A DNA stretch of 62,926 nt, filler included, from Basidiobolus ranarum (taxonomy: Eukaryota), in the NCBI GenBank assembly GCA_040143965.1. It is 46 parts of 46 records of this genome, joined end to end, with 100 filler letters (N's around TTAATTAATTAA, not from the genome) between each part and the next. Parts side by side here need not be neighbours in the genome. Positions count along the whole stretch, not along the records: positions 37,047 to 38,315 come from JASJQH010012632.1; positions 38,416 to 39,684 come from JASJQH010012633.1; positions 39,785 to 41,053 come from JASJQH010012634.1; positions 41,154 to 42,422 come from JASJQH010012635.1; positions 42,523 to 43,791 come from JASJQH010012636.1; positions 43,892 to 45,159 come from JASJQH010012637.1; positions 45,260 to 46,527 come from JASJQH010012638.1; positions 46,628 to 47,895 come from JASJQH010012639.1; 38 more parts are not named here. One strand, written 5' to 3'. Shown piece by piece: positions 37,768 through 49,363 of the stretch (position 1 is the stretch's first letter; every line of letters begins with the position of its first letter). The notes beneath the pieces are model-generated. The model ran no database searches. It worked only from the letters and a program-made list of their open reading frames with translations, and was not told where the DNA came from. The position numbers and the translations under genes are program-made.

Positions 37768-38315
37768 ATGCCATTCAAAAATCATTCAAAATCTAAGTCA
37801 AAATTGGCTTCCAAGCCAAAGCCTGCTGGCACAAAAGGAAAAAAACCAGCAAGAACAGTGGACTTAATTGATGAACAGTCTAGCAAACCACTATCCACTT
37901 TAGAAGGCATTAACATGCCGGAAACTAACTCAAATAATGATGAAGCATTAATCAATTTACCAGATGTGTTCCTTTCCAGCAATAGTGCAAGTGAAGAGAT
38001 TATAATCCCCAAATTACGTAGTAAATCAATAGTTGAGCAAAGTTCAACCAAACATTGTCAAGACCATCAACTTCCAAAATGGCTACTTTGCTCACTACTG
38101 AACAACCCTCCATAGAAAATTTGGATAGAATTATTACAACAAGGGAGTTGCAGGCAAAACACCATAATGATTTGTATTCAATCATAAGTAAGAACTATGA
38201 AGTTGCTATACAGGGCATGATAAGCATTAATGCCGCAATATTGCAATTCATGCAGCATTTGGAAGTAACTATTCAACAGTCAGAGAGTCACTCAACAATG
38301 ATACAAGACCTTCAG
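37768..38315 (+). mobile_element. CACTA accessory ORF2 N-terminus (basic start, coiled-coil-like region), frameshifted
   Basis: Multi-copy; continues at 19231-19842 and 26782-26936 toward the left terminus. Confidence 0.7.
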
Positions 38316-38415
38316 NNNNNNNNNNNNNNNNNNNNNNNNNNNNNNNNNNNNNNNNNNNNTTAATTAATTAANNNNNNNNNNNNNNNNNNNNNNNNNNNNN
38401 NNNNNNNNNNNNNNN

Positions 38416-39684
38416 GCCCTATATAGATCTAAACCAAGGGTGGATCATCTCAGGATCTTTGGTTGCACGGCATATTGCCTAAATTCAGTTAAAAAATGCT
38501 CAAAATATGATCCCAAAAGCAGAAAATGCAAATATCTTGGTTACTGTGATGGATCTAAGGCATAGAGACTATTTGATACTAAAAATTAGGAGTTAATCAA
38601 CTGCCGAAATGTGATTTTTGATGAAAAAGCATATTTTTCACCTAAAATCACAGTTCCAGATCCAGAAAACACAATCAGCACTATTCAGGAAGTGTCTGAC
38701 AGATTTTCAGCTGTATCTGAGCCTTATTCTACTGAAATTCCAGTTCCAATTACATCAGAGGATGATATGGGACCTAGAAGATCATGCAGAAGGAGAAATA
38801 AGCCAGGAAACTAGTGGAACACTTCGAGTACTGTTGTATATGCTTATGCATTATTTTGTGATGGGCCACAGACTCTAGAAAAGGCTCTGGAGTGTCCAGA
38901 ATCAAAATTATGGGAAAAAGCAATGTCTGATTAGTTTTCTTCACTTCAGGACAATAAAATGAGGATTTTAGGTCCTCTACCATTTAGGGAGAAAGCTAAT
39001 AGGTTGCAAGTGGGTCTACAAAGTCAAAAGCTGAGCTGATTAAACCATAGAGAGGTACAAGGCAAGATCAATTGCCAAAGGTTATTCCAAACGCCAGTAG
39101 TTGTTTTAATGAAACTTTGCTCCAGTAGCTAAGTTCAGCTCCATTAGAGCAATCCTGGCACTCTCAGCCATCCATAACCTTGATCTACATCAACTGGATG
39201 TCAAAACAGCCTTTCTGAATTGAAATCCAGAAGAAGAGATCTATATGGAGCAACAGTTGGATTAGTGGCCCAAAAAATCCTGAAATGGTGTGTGAACTGC
39301 AAAAATTGATATATGCACTCAAGCAAGCACTCAGGACATGGTACAACTAGATGGATACCTAATTTGAATCACTGGAAACCCAAAAATGCACAGCAGATCA
39401 CAGTATTTACATCAAAACAGCCAGAAATGGGATCCTTATGTTTGCCATTGTATGTGGATGACTTGATCATAGCTACAAATGATCTAGAGCCTCTTAATTA
39501 GATGAAAAACAGCTTATCAAACTAATTTCAGATGACTGATATGGGTAATTCAAGTTATTTTCTTGGAATCCAAATCAAGAGAGATATACCCAATCAGAAA
39601 ATCATGCTGAATCTGTCTAGATACATCCTGCACATCCTAAAATACTTCAACATGGTGAACAGCAAGCCTTCGTCAACCTCCAAT
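38416..39684 (+). mobile_element. Ty1/copia integrase end and reverse transcriptase, decayed
   Basis: [32 protein letters not shown]. Confidence 0.9.
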
Positions 39685-39784
39685 NNNNNNNNNNNNNNNN
39701 NNNNNNNNNNNNNNNNNNNNNNNNNNNNTTAATTAATTAANNNNNNNNNNNNNNNNNNNNNNNNNNNNNNNNNNNNNNNNNNNN

Positions 39785-40935
39785 AGTGGAACAGAAGCTC
39801 GAGCAGTTTCCTCTAGAATCCAAGTGTTCCATTGTTTGAGTTCGTCACATCCGACTACACCGACATCCGCAGAAGCAGTGCTAGCACAGAACATAGCATA
39901 TTTACATTCTTTACCCCTAAAAAAAATTACAATGGTTAGCTCAAATTATCAATAAAAAGAGAGATAAGCCATTACCAATCCTTAATGGGCTCAATATAAT
40001 AATGAGAGCCTCGGTCTTTAATACCCCAAGGTGCACAGGGATCTTCCAATTTGCTATAACTGATATTTGACTTATCTTCAGTAGATACAATGTACACGGA
40101 ATATTCATGACCTTCCTCTGGATCTCCTGATTGGATATTGTAAACAATATTGAATACTGTATTTTCGAGCCAATATATACTCTCAACTAAAAGGGGAGCT
40201 AACAGATTAGTTTTTTGAAGTCTTTTTCAGTATATCGGAACCATGTACCGTAGTGAGGAGTTTCTACAATCGAAGGTGGCGGTTGAATAGAACCCTTAGT
40301 AGTACCGTCACAAGCTATGAGAAAGACTTCGCTTTGAGTGTTACCACATGCAATTTGTTTGCCTTTTCGTGACCAACAAACTAAAAACGAGTGTTATTGA
40401 ATGTGACTACAAATATGCGCATTTGTTATTTACATACTTGCAGTGTAAGTGCTTCCAACTTGCTGAACCTCGCCAGAAAAATCAACGAACTTTAAATTAC
40501 TATCGCTTAACAATACAGCTAACTGCGTAGGCTTTGCGGATGGATTTGGACGAATGTCTCTAATGGGATTTCCGAGGCTAATTGTTTTATAAGGATCAAC
40601 GTTTCCATTCTACACGTGAAAATTTAGTACTAGCACATAGAAATCAATTCACTTATTGAATCTCACCTGTTGCTTCAAAGTTGGTATGTCATAGAGCAAA
40701 ATATCGCCAGTACTAGTACCAATTACCAAAGTAAGTTCGTCAGCTGAAAGTCGGACATGCTGAACTACACCATTGGAAACAGTAACTTCGGTCTTTGCTT
40801 TGAAATCAGCTGTACTTTGCTTGGTAGCACTTTTGATGGCTTGTCTTAAGGCATCAGTAGTGTCAAAAACAAATCCTAAAATTCGGATTTAGAGGTTGTA
40901 CCAGAATTGATGTATTATAATCAGTCCGTACCTTT
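39785..40935 (-). CDS. NUP159: Nucleoporin Nup159/Nup214 (Nup146), N-terminal beta-propeller, multi-exon fragment
   Basis: CWSRKGKQIACG, VESIYWLEN, EDPCAPWG, ASTASADVGVV...WILEETARASVP. Confidence 0.8.
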
Positions 40936-41153
40936 GTTCGTACCGGCTACGAAATAACGGAGGGGGAGCACAATCGGAAAAGAGACAGCCAAAGTAGAAT
41001 GAGAGAAAACTTGTTTGAATAAAGGGGAACCATCCTCTAAGGCTAAATATGATNNNNNNNNNNNNNNNNNNNNNNNNNNNNNNNNNNNNNNNNNNNNTTA
41101 ATTAATTAANNNNNNNNNNNNNNNNNNNNNNNNNNNNNNNNNNNNNNNNNNNN

Positions 41154-41640
41154 TCACTCTTTAAAGTTACAAATGCTTGTTGGCAAGATGGGTTCCAGTC
41201 AAACAGTTGTTATTTTTGGTAATAGTACTATGACTTATGTTTTGAATTTAGAACAAGTGCCTTTATAGATGATTACACATTCAAAAGATGATGAAAGCTT
41301 TAGTCATAGTGTCTTAGATCTAGTGCTTTTAATGGATATCTTTGAGTATTTATGTACTGAGAATTATTCAAGACCTTGTCTACTTTGCCTAACTTTGATT
41401 GAGGCCCACAAAATAATTTTCCTCTATACTTTCCTGCTATCATGCTATACCTCTTTGGGAAACCAAATCTATCTTTTACTCTTGCTCTAAAATGAACATA
41501 TAAGATTATAAACCTTTTGCCTCTCAGTAATTATCTCTCCTCTGAGTCTCTTGTCAGCAGTGACATATCCTAGCCTTCTGCATGCTCTGCCAACATATAA
41601 CAATTTAGCCATAGGCTTCTGTCATTCTGATGGTGCATGC
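41154..41640. repeat. Repeat related to the subterminal region of the TAG-TIR element
   Basis: 41270-41340 matches 56028-56097. Confidence 0.45.
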
Positions 41641-41669
41641 TTCTTGACCCAAAGTAGGAAATTTTCAAT

Positions 41670-42422
41670 TCAAGAAAAATTAAGTGTCTAAATTACAAAT
41701 CTAAATTGTGTCCAAACACTTCCAAATCCCCTAAACACTTTTATCAAATTATGAGCCCCTAGCTAGCTGTTAAAGAAATGTCTACTAGTACTATTAACAA
41801 TGTTTTTGCATCCACAGAGAAGTTCAATGATGAAGACTTACATCTTTTTTCAAGATGCAAATGGTACTAGAAGACAAAATCCAATGGTGTTTTGTTACAG
41901 AGAAGAAATAGAGCCAAAGGGACCACCAGAAGCTATGCTTGCCTTGAACAAGAAGCAGAGGAAAGCACTCTCTACACTTTGTCTACACATCAGATACTCT
42001 TGCAATTGAGGTAAAAACTCAGGTATAAGTTTCTAACTGCTTGGGAAACACTTGAGGGACTATATGAGAGTAAAAGGCTGGCAAATAGGCTACATCTTGG
42101 GCAAAAATTATTCTCAATTCAGATTAATTCTGATGTTTATACCCTTAATCATTTGAATTGTATCAGAACAATGGCTGAGCAACCCTTATCCATTGGAGCA
42201 CCTCTAGATTGATAAAAGTGTTTAGGGGATTTGGAAGTGTTTTGGACAAGATTGGGATTTGTGAATTAGACACTAAAGTTTTATTGAATTGAATATGTCC
42301 TATTTATAGTTTACTATGAAATAGGACTATTGGACGTGCTTAGATCATAACAAACATGCCTGTTAAGCATGGGTGAAAAGTTGAGGTGATTTGGAGAAGT
42401 TTTGAGAAAATAGTGAAAATTG
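41670..42422. mobile_element. Copia LTR C end plus gag (+), interrupted by an inverted LTR C from 42210
   Basis: Matches 1880-2415; TGATAAAAGTG is the reverse complement of the LTR C end. Confidence 0.8.
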
Positions 42423-42522
42423 NNNNNNNNNNNNNNNNNNNNNNNNNNNNNNNNNNNNNNNNNNNNTTAATTAATTAANNNNNNNNNNNNNNNNNNNNNN
42501 NNNNNNNNNNNNNNNNNNNNNN

Positions 42523-43791
42523 AGAATATTAGACTAAAGAAGGGGAGGAGGACTTTGGCCAACAAAATACTTCCTTACTGAAGCCCCACCAACTTCAAAT
42601 TAGTGCAACTGCCCTTTCTCTGCCTAGTTCAAGCACAATCCATGAAGACATCCTCAAATTTCAATCTGAAGACCCAGTGGTAATATCAATCAAGAAAGCC
42701 CAGGAAACATCCAAAGACCTCTCAGGCCTGAACTTGTACAGCCATTTCTCTATCATCAATGATCTCTTGTTTTATTAGGAGCACCTTTACATTCCAGACC
42801 ACACTTTCAGACACAAAATCATGCAGGAAAGACACGACTCACCACTTGCAGGACACTTTGGTATTGCCAAATCATATATGTTGGCATCCAGGAATTAATG
42901 GTGACCAAAAATGTTTGCATTTGCCAAGACTTATGTTTCCACCTGTGATACTTGTGCTCAAGTGAAGACTCCAAGACATCAGCACTATGGCCTCCTACAG
43001 CTACTTCCAATTCATGATCAGCAGTGGAAATCCATATCCCTGTATTTCATAACTGAGCTAAACATGTCTGCCAAATATGATTCAATTCTGGTAATTGTGA
43101 CTGTCTAAAAAAATGGCCCACTTTGTGCCCTACAACAAGTCACTTGATGCAAAACAAACAGCAGAATTGGTTACTCAAAGCATCTTCCACCTACATGTAC
43201 TCCATGAAACTATCATCTCTGACCCAGGACCTCAGTTTGCTTCCAAATTCCGGGAAAGTCTCCTCCATATCTTGGGTATCTCTGCCAATCTCTCCACTGC
43301 ATTCCACCCCCAATCTGATGGCCAAGCAGAAAGAGTCAATCAAGTTTTGGAACAATATTTGCAATGCACTATCAACTATAATCAGGATAATTGGACAGAA
43401 CTCTTGCCTCTTGGTGAATTTGCCTACCACAACTCCTATCATACCTCAACAAAACAAACTCCCTTCTTTGCAAATTATAGATTCCATCCATGTTTCAAAA
43501 TTCACCCACCATCCAATCTACCTTGCCCTGCTGCCTCAGACCATGCCACTTTACTTAAGGACATCCATAAACAACTAATATCTCAGTTGGAGCATGCTCA
43601 ATCCAAATACAAGAACTTTGCTGATAAGAAAAGAAAGCCAAGCCCAGATCTCAAGCCAGGAGATTATGTTTGGCTACTCTGGAAGAATATCAAAACCACT
43701 AGACCTTGTGATAAACTTGATCATAAAAGACTAGGGCCTTTTAAGATTATTAAGCAAATCAATTCAGTAGCCTTCCGCCTTGAACTCCCAG
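42523..43791 (+). mobile_element. Ty3/gypsy integrase, same family as 4126-5399
   Basis: AGHFG, HPQSDGQAERVNQVLEQYL, GPFKII. Confidence 0.92.
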
Positions 43792-43891
43792 NNNNNNNNN
43801 NNNNNNNNNNNNNNNNNNNNNNNNNNNNNNNNNNNTTAATTAATTAANNNNNNNNNNNNNNNNNNNNNNNNNNNNNNNNNNNNNNNNNNNN

Positions 43892-44670
43892 GTATGGTAC
43901 CAAGAAATGACGGGTATGGAGAACATTTAAAGCACATTTTATTAAGTGCTAAATACAACTGACATGTGGCAAAGGGTACGGTGTCAAGAAACAGCAGGTA
44001 TAAGAAACAATTAAAGTAGAGTTAGTTTATTGAGTGTAAATGACGAAGAATATAGTGATGGGAAACACTCAAGGGATAGTCTACAAAGTGCTATGGATTC
44101 TTGTTCATTTTTATTCAAAACAAAGTTATTGGCGCTTCATCTTAATTTTTATTAAAATCAATAGTTGAACTCCTTATGAATGTCTCATGCAAACAAACAA
44201 AGAGTAAAAAACCTTGTTAATTCCCACATGATTGGCTACAAACTTGTTTACATTAAAACTGCTCATCAAATAGTATTTTTAGTTAGGTTAGGGTTCAAAA
44301 CAAGTCACTTGGTCCTTGACCGTACATAAACAAGTTGACAAGGAACTCAGGTTTGAATGCATTAATGTCAGTATCAGCACGTGGGAAAGGGTTAGGCGTA
44401 ACTATAATACTTCAAGTAAAGTCTACAAAGTGCGTAACATAACTAACCAATGCTGAAAGGTACGGTGCCCTAAACGACGGGCATGGAAATACTTCAAACA
44501 GCATCTAGAAACAAGGGGTATGAGAAACACTTAAAAAATAGTCTTTGAGACACTAAAGACTATTGGCAAATTACAAGGGGTATGATGGCAAGAAACAACA
44601 GGTATGGGAAATACTTCAAGTATAGTCAACAAAGTACGTAAGACTGCTGATAAAAGACAATGGATATAGG
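43892..44670. repeat. Same ~83-bp satellite, interrupted by ~280 bp of non-repeat sequence
   Basis: 43892-44095 matches 31158-31466. Confidence 0.75.
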
Positions 44671-44782
44671 AAACAATGTAACTGTCCACTATTATTTATT
44701 ATTAATTGTTATCATTTCAATTGATTGTTAATGCCTACACTCATTACTACGGGCACTTGCCTTAATCCGAAATAATTTTTGC

Positions 44783-45159
44783 TTATTTACGCTTAGCTCT
44801 GTGTGATTTTTTCAAATATTTTGCACACATATGGTCAAAGGGATTCAATGTGGAGGCAATGTCAGGGCAATAATAGATATTATACTCAAATAGATCTTCA
44901 AAACTCCTTCGTAAGTACTTAGTAGTAATCAAGTGTTGTCGTAACTCAGTAAACTCACTGGTGCTGAATTTCTCAAGGAGCATATTTCCTGTGAAGTTGG
45001 GATATAACAATATACTGTGACCAAAGTAGTTACTGAGAGGAAACAGCCGTTCAGCTTTCTTCAACTGCTGCCTAAATGTCTGGAACTTCAAGTTGTCAAC
45101 TATACTTGCCTTCTTCTTAATCATTGCATAGAGTTCACGTTTAAATCCAATTGGCGACG
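44783..45159 (-). CDS. Hypothetical protein, C-terminal ~125 aa
   Basis: Open from the contig edge (SPIGFKRELYAMIKKK...) to TAA; no recognised family. Confidence 0.4.
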
Positions 45160-45459
45160 NNNNNNNNNNNNNNNNNNNNNNNNNNNNNNNNNNNNNNNNN
45201 NNNTTAATTAATTAANNNNNNNNNNNNNNNNNNNNNNNNNNNNNNNNNNNNNNNNNNNNAAGGTAACGCCGCAGAGTCTAAGACACTAATGAGTGGAGGG
45301 GGAGGGAGCAATTAAGGTAAAAATGGTTTGTCAACAATAGAAATAAGTTGAATGAGATTAGGATTAACATAAAGCATAAAGGGAGTGTGTTTCTGAAGAT
45401 ATTGCTGCCAAAGGTCCACCAAGTATTCCTTGTAGGCAAGGCAGGGCTTCTCAGCTTGT

Positions 45460-45640
45460 TCTATAAAAGAAGCAAATTTCTGGACTTCATGATCTCCCAG
45501 TAGTATTCTCCAGCAAGAAGAAGGATCAGAGAGGAGGGAATCTCTTCAGACATAATCAGAGGGTTCTGACTCTTGCAAATCCTGATGAATAGTCTATTCT
45601 TCTGATAGGGTATTCTAAGACTATATGGTAGGAATCCTGG
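45460..45640 (-). mobile_element. Possible LINE ORF2 C-terminal remnant
   Basis: YYWEIMKSRNLLL resembles the W.IWK.RN motif. Confidence 0.3.
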
Positions 45641-46358
45641 GTTAGGGGGATGATAAGCACCAGAAGATGTAATAATCATTTATCAATTTAAACAAAGTCA
45701 AAAAATAAATATGCCAAGTTAGGATATAAGATTCAAAGATGAAGTCAAGATGCTGACAGAGCTAAGTTTCCTAATAGGGGGGATCCCTGACCTTTGATAT
45801 CTCTGAGGAAGAGACACAGTTTCAAAAATTATAACACAGCCTATTCTAGCTTTCATAATTTTTATGAATTTAGAGAAATTTCTTAGATATTGAATATTTT
45901 TTTAATTTTTGTAAATATGCAAGTCTCTGGGAAATCAAAGTGCAAATGTTTTCTTTCAGACTCTGAAAGCTTTTAAGTATTAAAATTTTACCATAAGTAA
46001 ACTGGCAACTTTTTAGCTCAATAATTCATATATTACTTATTGAGAATATCCTTTATATACTGTTGAATGTAATGAGGAAACTTGATAAACATGATGAATA
46101 AGTAATATATGTAAGAACTTTGTGAGGTTTACAAAATTAAATAAAGAAGAAAGTTAATATTGCATATATCATAATTATATTACAAATTTAGAAATATTGA
46201 AAGTGTTGATAAAAGCTTTCTGCTTAGGGGGGGATGATAAACACCAGAAGGTGTAATATTTATTTATCAATTTATACAAAGTCAATAAATAAATAAGCCA
46301 AGTTAGAATATAAAATTCAAAGATAAAGTCAAGATATTGACAAAGCTAAGTTTCCTAG
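45641..46358. repeat. ~135-bp direct repeat (45641-45777 and 46224-46358)
   Basis: TTAGGGGG(G)ATGATAA...CTAAGTTTCCTA in both copies. Confidence 0.75.
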
Positions 46359-46645
46359 TAAGCTAGGCCTAAGAGTATTCCAGATAGGATGGAGCCAAGA
46401 GTGAAGTATTCCAGAAGGGATTGGGCCTGAGTAGGGTTAGGGTATAGATGTTAGGGGGGAGACAGTCACCAAAAGGTGAAATCTTTATTTCAAACAAAAC
46501 AAAGAAGCCATAACTACTTTTGTAGTTNNNNNNNNNNNNNNNNNNNNNNNNNNNNNNNNNNNNNNNNNNNNTTAATTAATTAANNNNNNNNNNNNNNNNN
46601 NNNNNNNNNNNNNNNNNNNNNNNNNNNTCCCAGAAGCAAAAAAGA

Positions 46646-46729
46646 GAAATTTAAATGATGACGTTACAATAGAAACAGTTATCCCTGTCCGAAAAGACTA
46701 TGTGGATAAAAATTGTAGACTGAAATTTC
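46646..46729 (+). ncRNA. snR38: Box C/D snoRNA, snR38 homologue, copy 1
   Basis: C box ATGATGA 46655-46661; guide CAGTTATCCCTGT plus D' CCGA 46676-46692; D box CTGA 46720-46723; terminal stem GAAATT/AATTTC; T10 follows. Confidence 0.88.
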
Positions 46730-47214
46730 TTTTTTTTTTGATTCGCCATTTTGGGAATTTGTTATATGAAGTATAAAATGTGACTACACTTTGATGAAAT
46801 TTTCCAAATTCATTTTACCAAAAATATGGACCAACTATGAATCGCTTTTGTTACATATTACTTACTAACTTTGGAAAATTCAGTTACTAGTTTACATATT
46901 TCTCAATTAATGTAAATATCTCGATGTTTCCTGATCTCCTCTGACAAACGCTAAATCGTTACAATAAAATTGTAACAGATACATCAACACTAGTTAAAAC
47001 CAGTAGGTATGTTGCATTCCAGACTTATACTGACCTGACAATCCACGTGCTATAAAGCTTCAGTATTTTAATATGTAATCGACGATTTATAGCTTTAACA
47101 CTTACAATTATTAACAAACCAATTATCCTAAGTTATTGTCATTTTCTAATCTCCAGATATTGAATCCTCAGAGATTCCATCCTATTGATAGTATACATCC
47201 AGAGTATGCATTGA

Positions 47215-47223
47215 TTTATATAT
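47215..47223 (+). promoter_or_regulatory. Upstream TATA element of a Pol III-type unit
   Basis: TTTATATAT about 30 bp upstream of the tRNA-like 5' end at 47249. Confidence 0.45.
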
Positions 47224-47248
47224 CCAATAAAAGCCCAATTTAATATGT

Positions 47249-47323
47249 ACTTCTGTGGTGCCCTGGAAAGCGCGTTCAAATAACCATAGAACGGCTGTGG
47301 GTTCGAATCCCATCCCAGAAGCA
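47249..47323 (+). ncRNA. Atypical tRNA-like leader (nominal AAC anticodon) with A box and B box
   Basis: ACTTCTG/CAGAAGC acceptor, GTGC/GCGC D stem, perfect GGTTCGAATCC B box; mismatched anticodon stem and 2 extra C after the T arm; its 3' end also at 46628-46638. Confidence 0.7.
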
Positions 47324-47330
47324 AAAAAGA

Positions 47331-47414
47331 GAAATTTAAATGATGACGTTACAATAGAAACAGTTATCCCTGTCCGAAAAGATCATGTGGATGAAAATTG
47401 TAGACTGAAATTTC
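47331..47414 (+). ncRNA. snR38: Box C/D snoRNA, snR38 homologue, copy 2
   Basis: C box 47340-47346; guide 47361-47373; D' CCGA 47374-47377; C'-like TGGATGA; D box 47405-47408; terminal stem. Confidence 0.88.
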
Positions 47415-47420
47415 TTTTTT
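47415..47420 (+). terminator. Oligo-T Pol III terminator (copy 1 at 46730-46739)
   Basis: T6 and T10 directly after each snoRNA stem; homology between the copies stops here. Confidence 0.7.
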
Positions 47421-47995
47421 GCACTGGCTGATTATGAATCGGCAATATCTGTGGGCGTTAACTCACTCAACATTTATAAGCTAACAATACTCTAAATACT
47501 GATTTGTGAGCTAAAAACCTTCAAACCATTGAAACCCCGGTTTTCGAGTGAGTTCAAGAGCTAAAAGTTAAATCGCGTCTAATCACTACTTAGAATTCAG
47601 TCAGTGGTTACCGCTTAGGAGAGCTTTTGTAAGTAAGAAGTAAGGTGGATTACAATGGATAGATGTTTGGGTGAGAGACATCTATTTGTCGGAGGTTTTG
47701 TATATCAACCCTGAAATCAACTCCCTTAACGATCACTATCTTTTGAGTTACCCAGATCCACCAACGGTGTCACCATTTACGTTCCTCCCTCACACCCCAG
47801 GTTCTACAGATACGACACTTGACCTAGCGATAGCACCAGGACGTAGATGATTCACTACCGTAACGAGTAAGATAAATATCAGAACACTCCTCATANNNNN
47901 NNNNNNNNNNNNNNNNNNNNNNNNNNNNNNNNNNNNNNNTTAATTAATTAANNNNNNNNNNNNNNNNNNNNNNNNNNNNNNNNNNNNNNNNNNNN

Positions 47996-49150
47996 CATGG
48001 GCACAATGTACTATCTTGCTGTAAATTTTGTCAAATCAATGGAGTCTACTCAATCAGGCATACACTATACTACTATCCAAATACAAAACTAAACTACATG
48101 ATGTTCCCATCAAGAGCCTGGTCAGATTTCAACATGATCACTGATATCAATTCACCAAATAGTCAGTCTAACATCAAACTTAGTATTAGCCATAAGCCTA
48201 ACTTGATATTGCTAAAGGAGATTATAGATATGCAGTATTATTGTTTTAGCCATTGGATAATCTATTCAAGGAATGTCACATTTACTTGTGACAGAACATT
48301 TTTTGACTGCAAGTTGGGGATATATTGGCTGAATTCTTTATGGAAATTTGCCAAAATCCGAGAGCTTATTCTCATTGTGAATGGTAACAAGAGTCAGCTA
48401 TTTGCCAAGTGTCAGTACTATTCAAAATCTCAGATGTTTAGCAATTTTTCCATCATTAGTTTGCTGGTAAAGCATATTGATGTTGTTGAGTTATGTCTAA
48501 TCAGTTAAGTATGTGCATATGTAGAGACTAAAAACCACAAGATCCTTGAATTTTTTGATTCTCATAAGGGCTAGAATACAAAGCCTAAAATATCTAAATA
48601 AAGGCATGCTTATTGATTTGAATTCCACAGCAGTAAACCCAATGATTTGCCATTTGAATATTATATTTTTGCAAAAATTGCCAAATATTGAATAACGCAT
48701 GCCATGTTTCAGGATCAATATTTTCACATGTATGAATACCATCAAAATACTGTCAAGAAGCCACCATCACACCATCAAGATCTCTGGCAGAATGCAAGCC
48801 ACCAATCATGTGATGGTTCTATGATGGTTTTGCCATTTCAGAAGGTGGAACCAATCCAGATCAAATCAATATTATTTTTGTTAGAGCATTAGTCCACTCA
48901 TAATACTTACAGTAAATGAAGCAGCCTTGATCATTGAGGAGTGGAAAGTTCAATCAAGTCTTAGCAATCAGGTGTTTATTGGTTTTTGTATTTTTACTAG
49001 AGTTGATTGGCAACTGTTGTTTGACACAGACCTGGTACAAGTGGAAAACACTTGTCAATCACATGATTTATAATCCTTCAATAATTAAACTACCTTCATG
49101 TCCAAAGGGTTGTTTAGCCTTCACCAGTAATATGAAAAATCTGATGTCAT
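47996..49150 (+). mobile_element. Internally deleted CACTA copy with right end (~48886) nested in another transposase fragment
   Basis: Homology; TTTTTGTTAGAG junction. Confidence 0.8.
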
Positions 49151-49363
49151 ATGTATTGCTTCCAAAGCTCTAGCTGGAAGTCTATAGCAACAATTTTAGA
49201 CTGTTTTGTTTCATGCAGCTGTAAAGCTAACTCAGAAACCAAAGGATCATCTTGTATCAATTTNNNNNNNNNNNNNNNNNNNNNNNNNNNNNNNNNNNNN
49301 NNNNNNNTTAATTAATTAANNNNNNNNNNNNNNNNNNNNNNNNNNNNNNNNNNNNNNNNNNNN

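Noticed and set aside
46431-46442. TAGGGTTAGGG (also ~44283) as telomere remnants
   Set aside because: Two units or fewer, internal, within chance expectation
46628-47420. tRNA-derived SINE interpretation of the tandem unit
   Set aside because: The body has complete C/D boxes, a terminal stem and a 13-nt rRNA guide; no TSD or retroposed tail is evident
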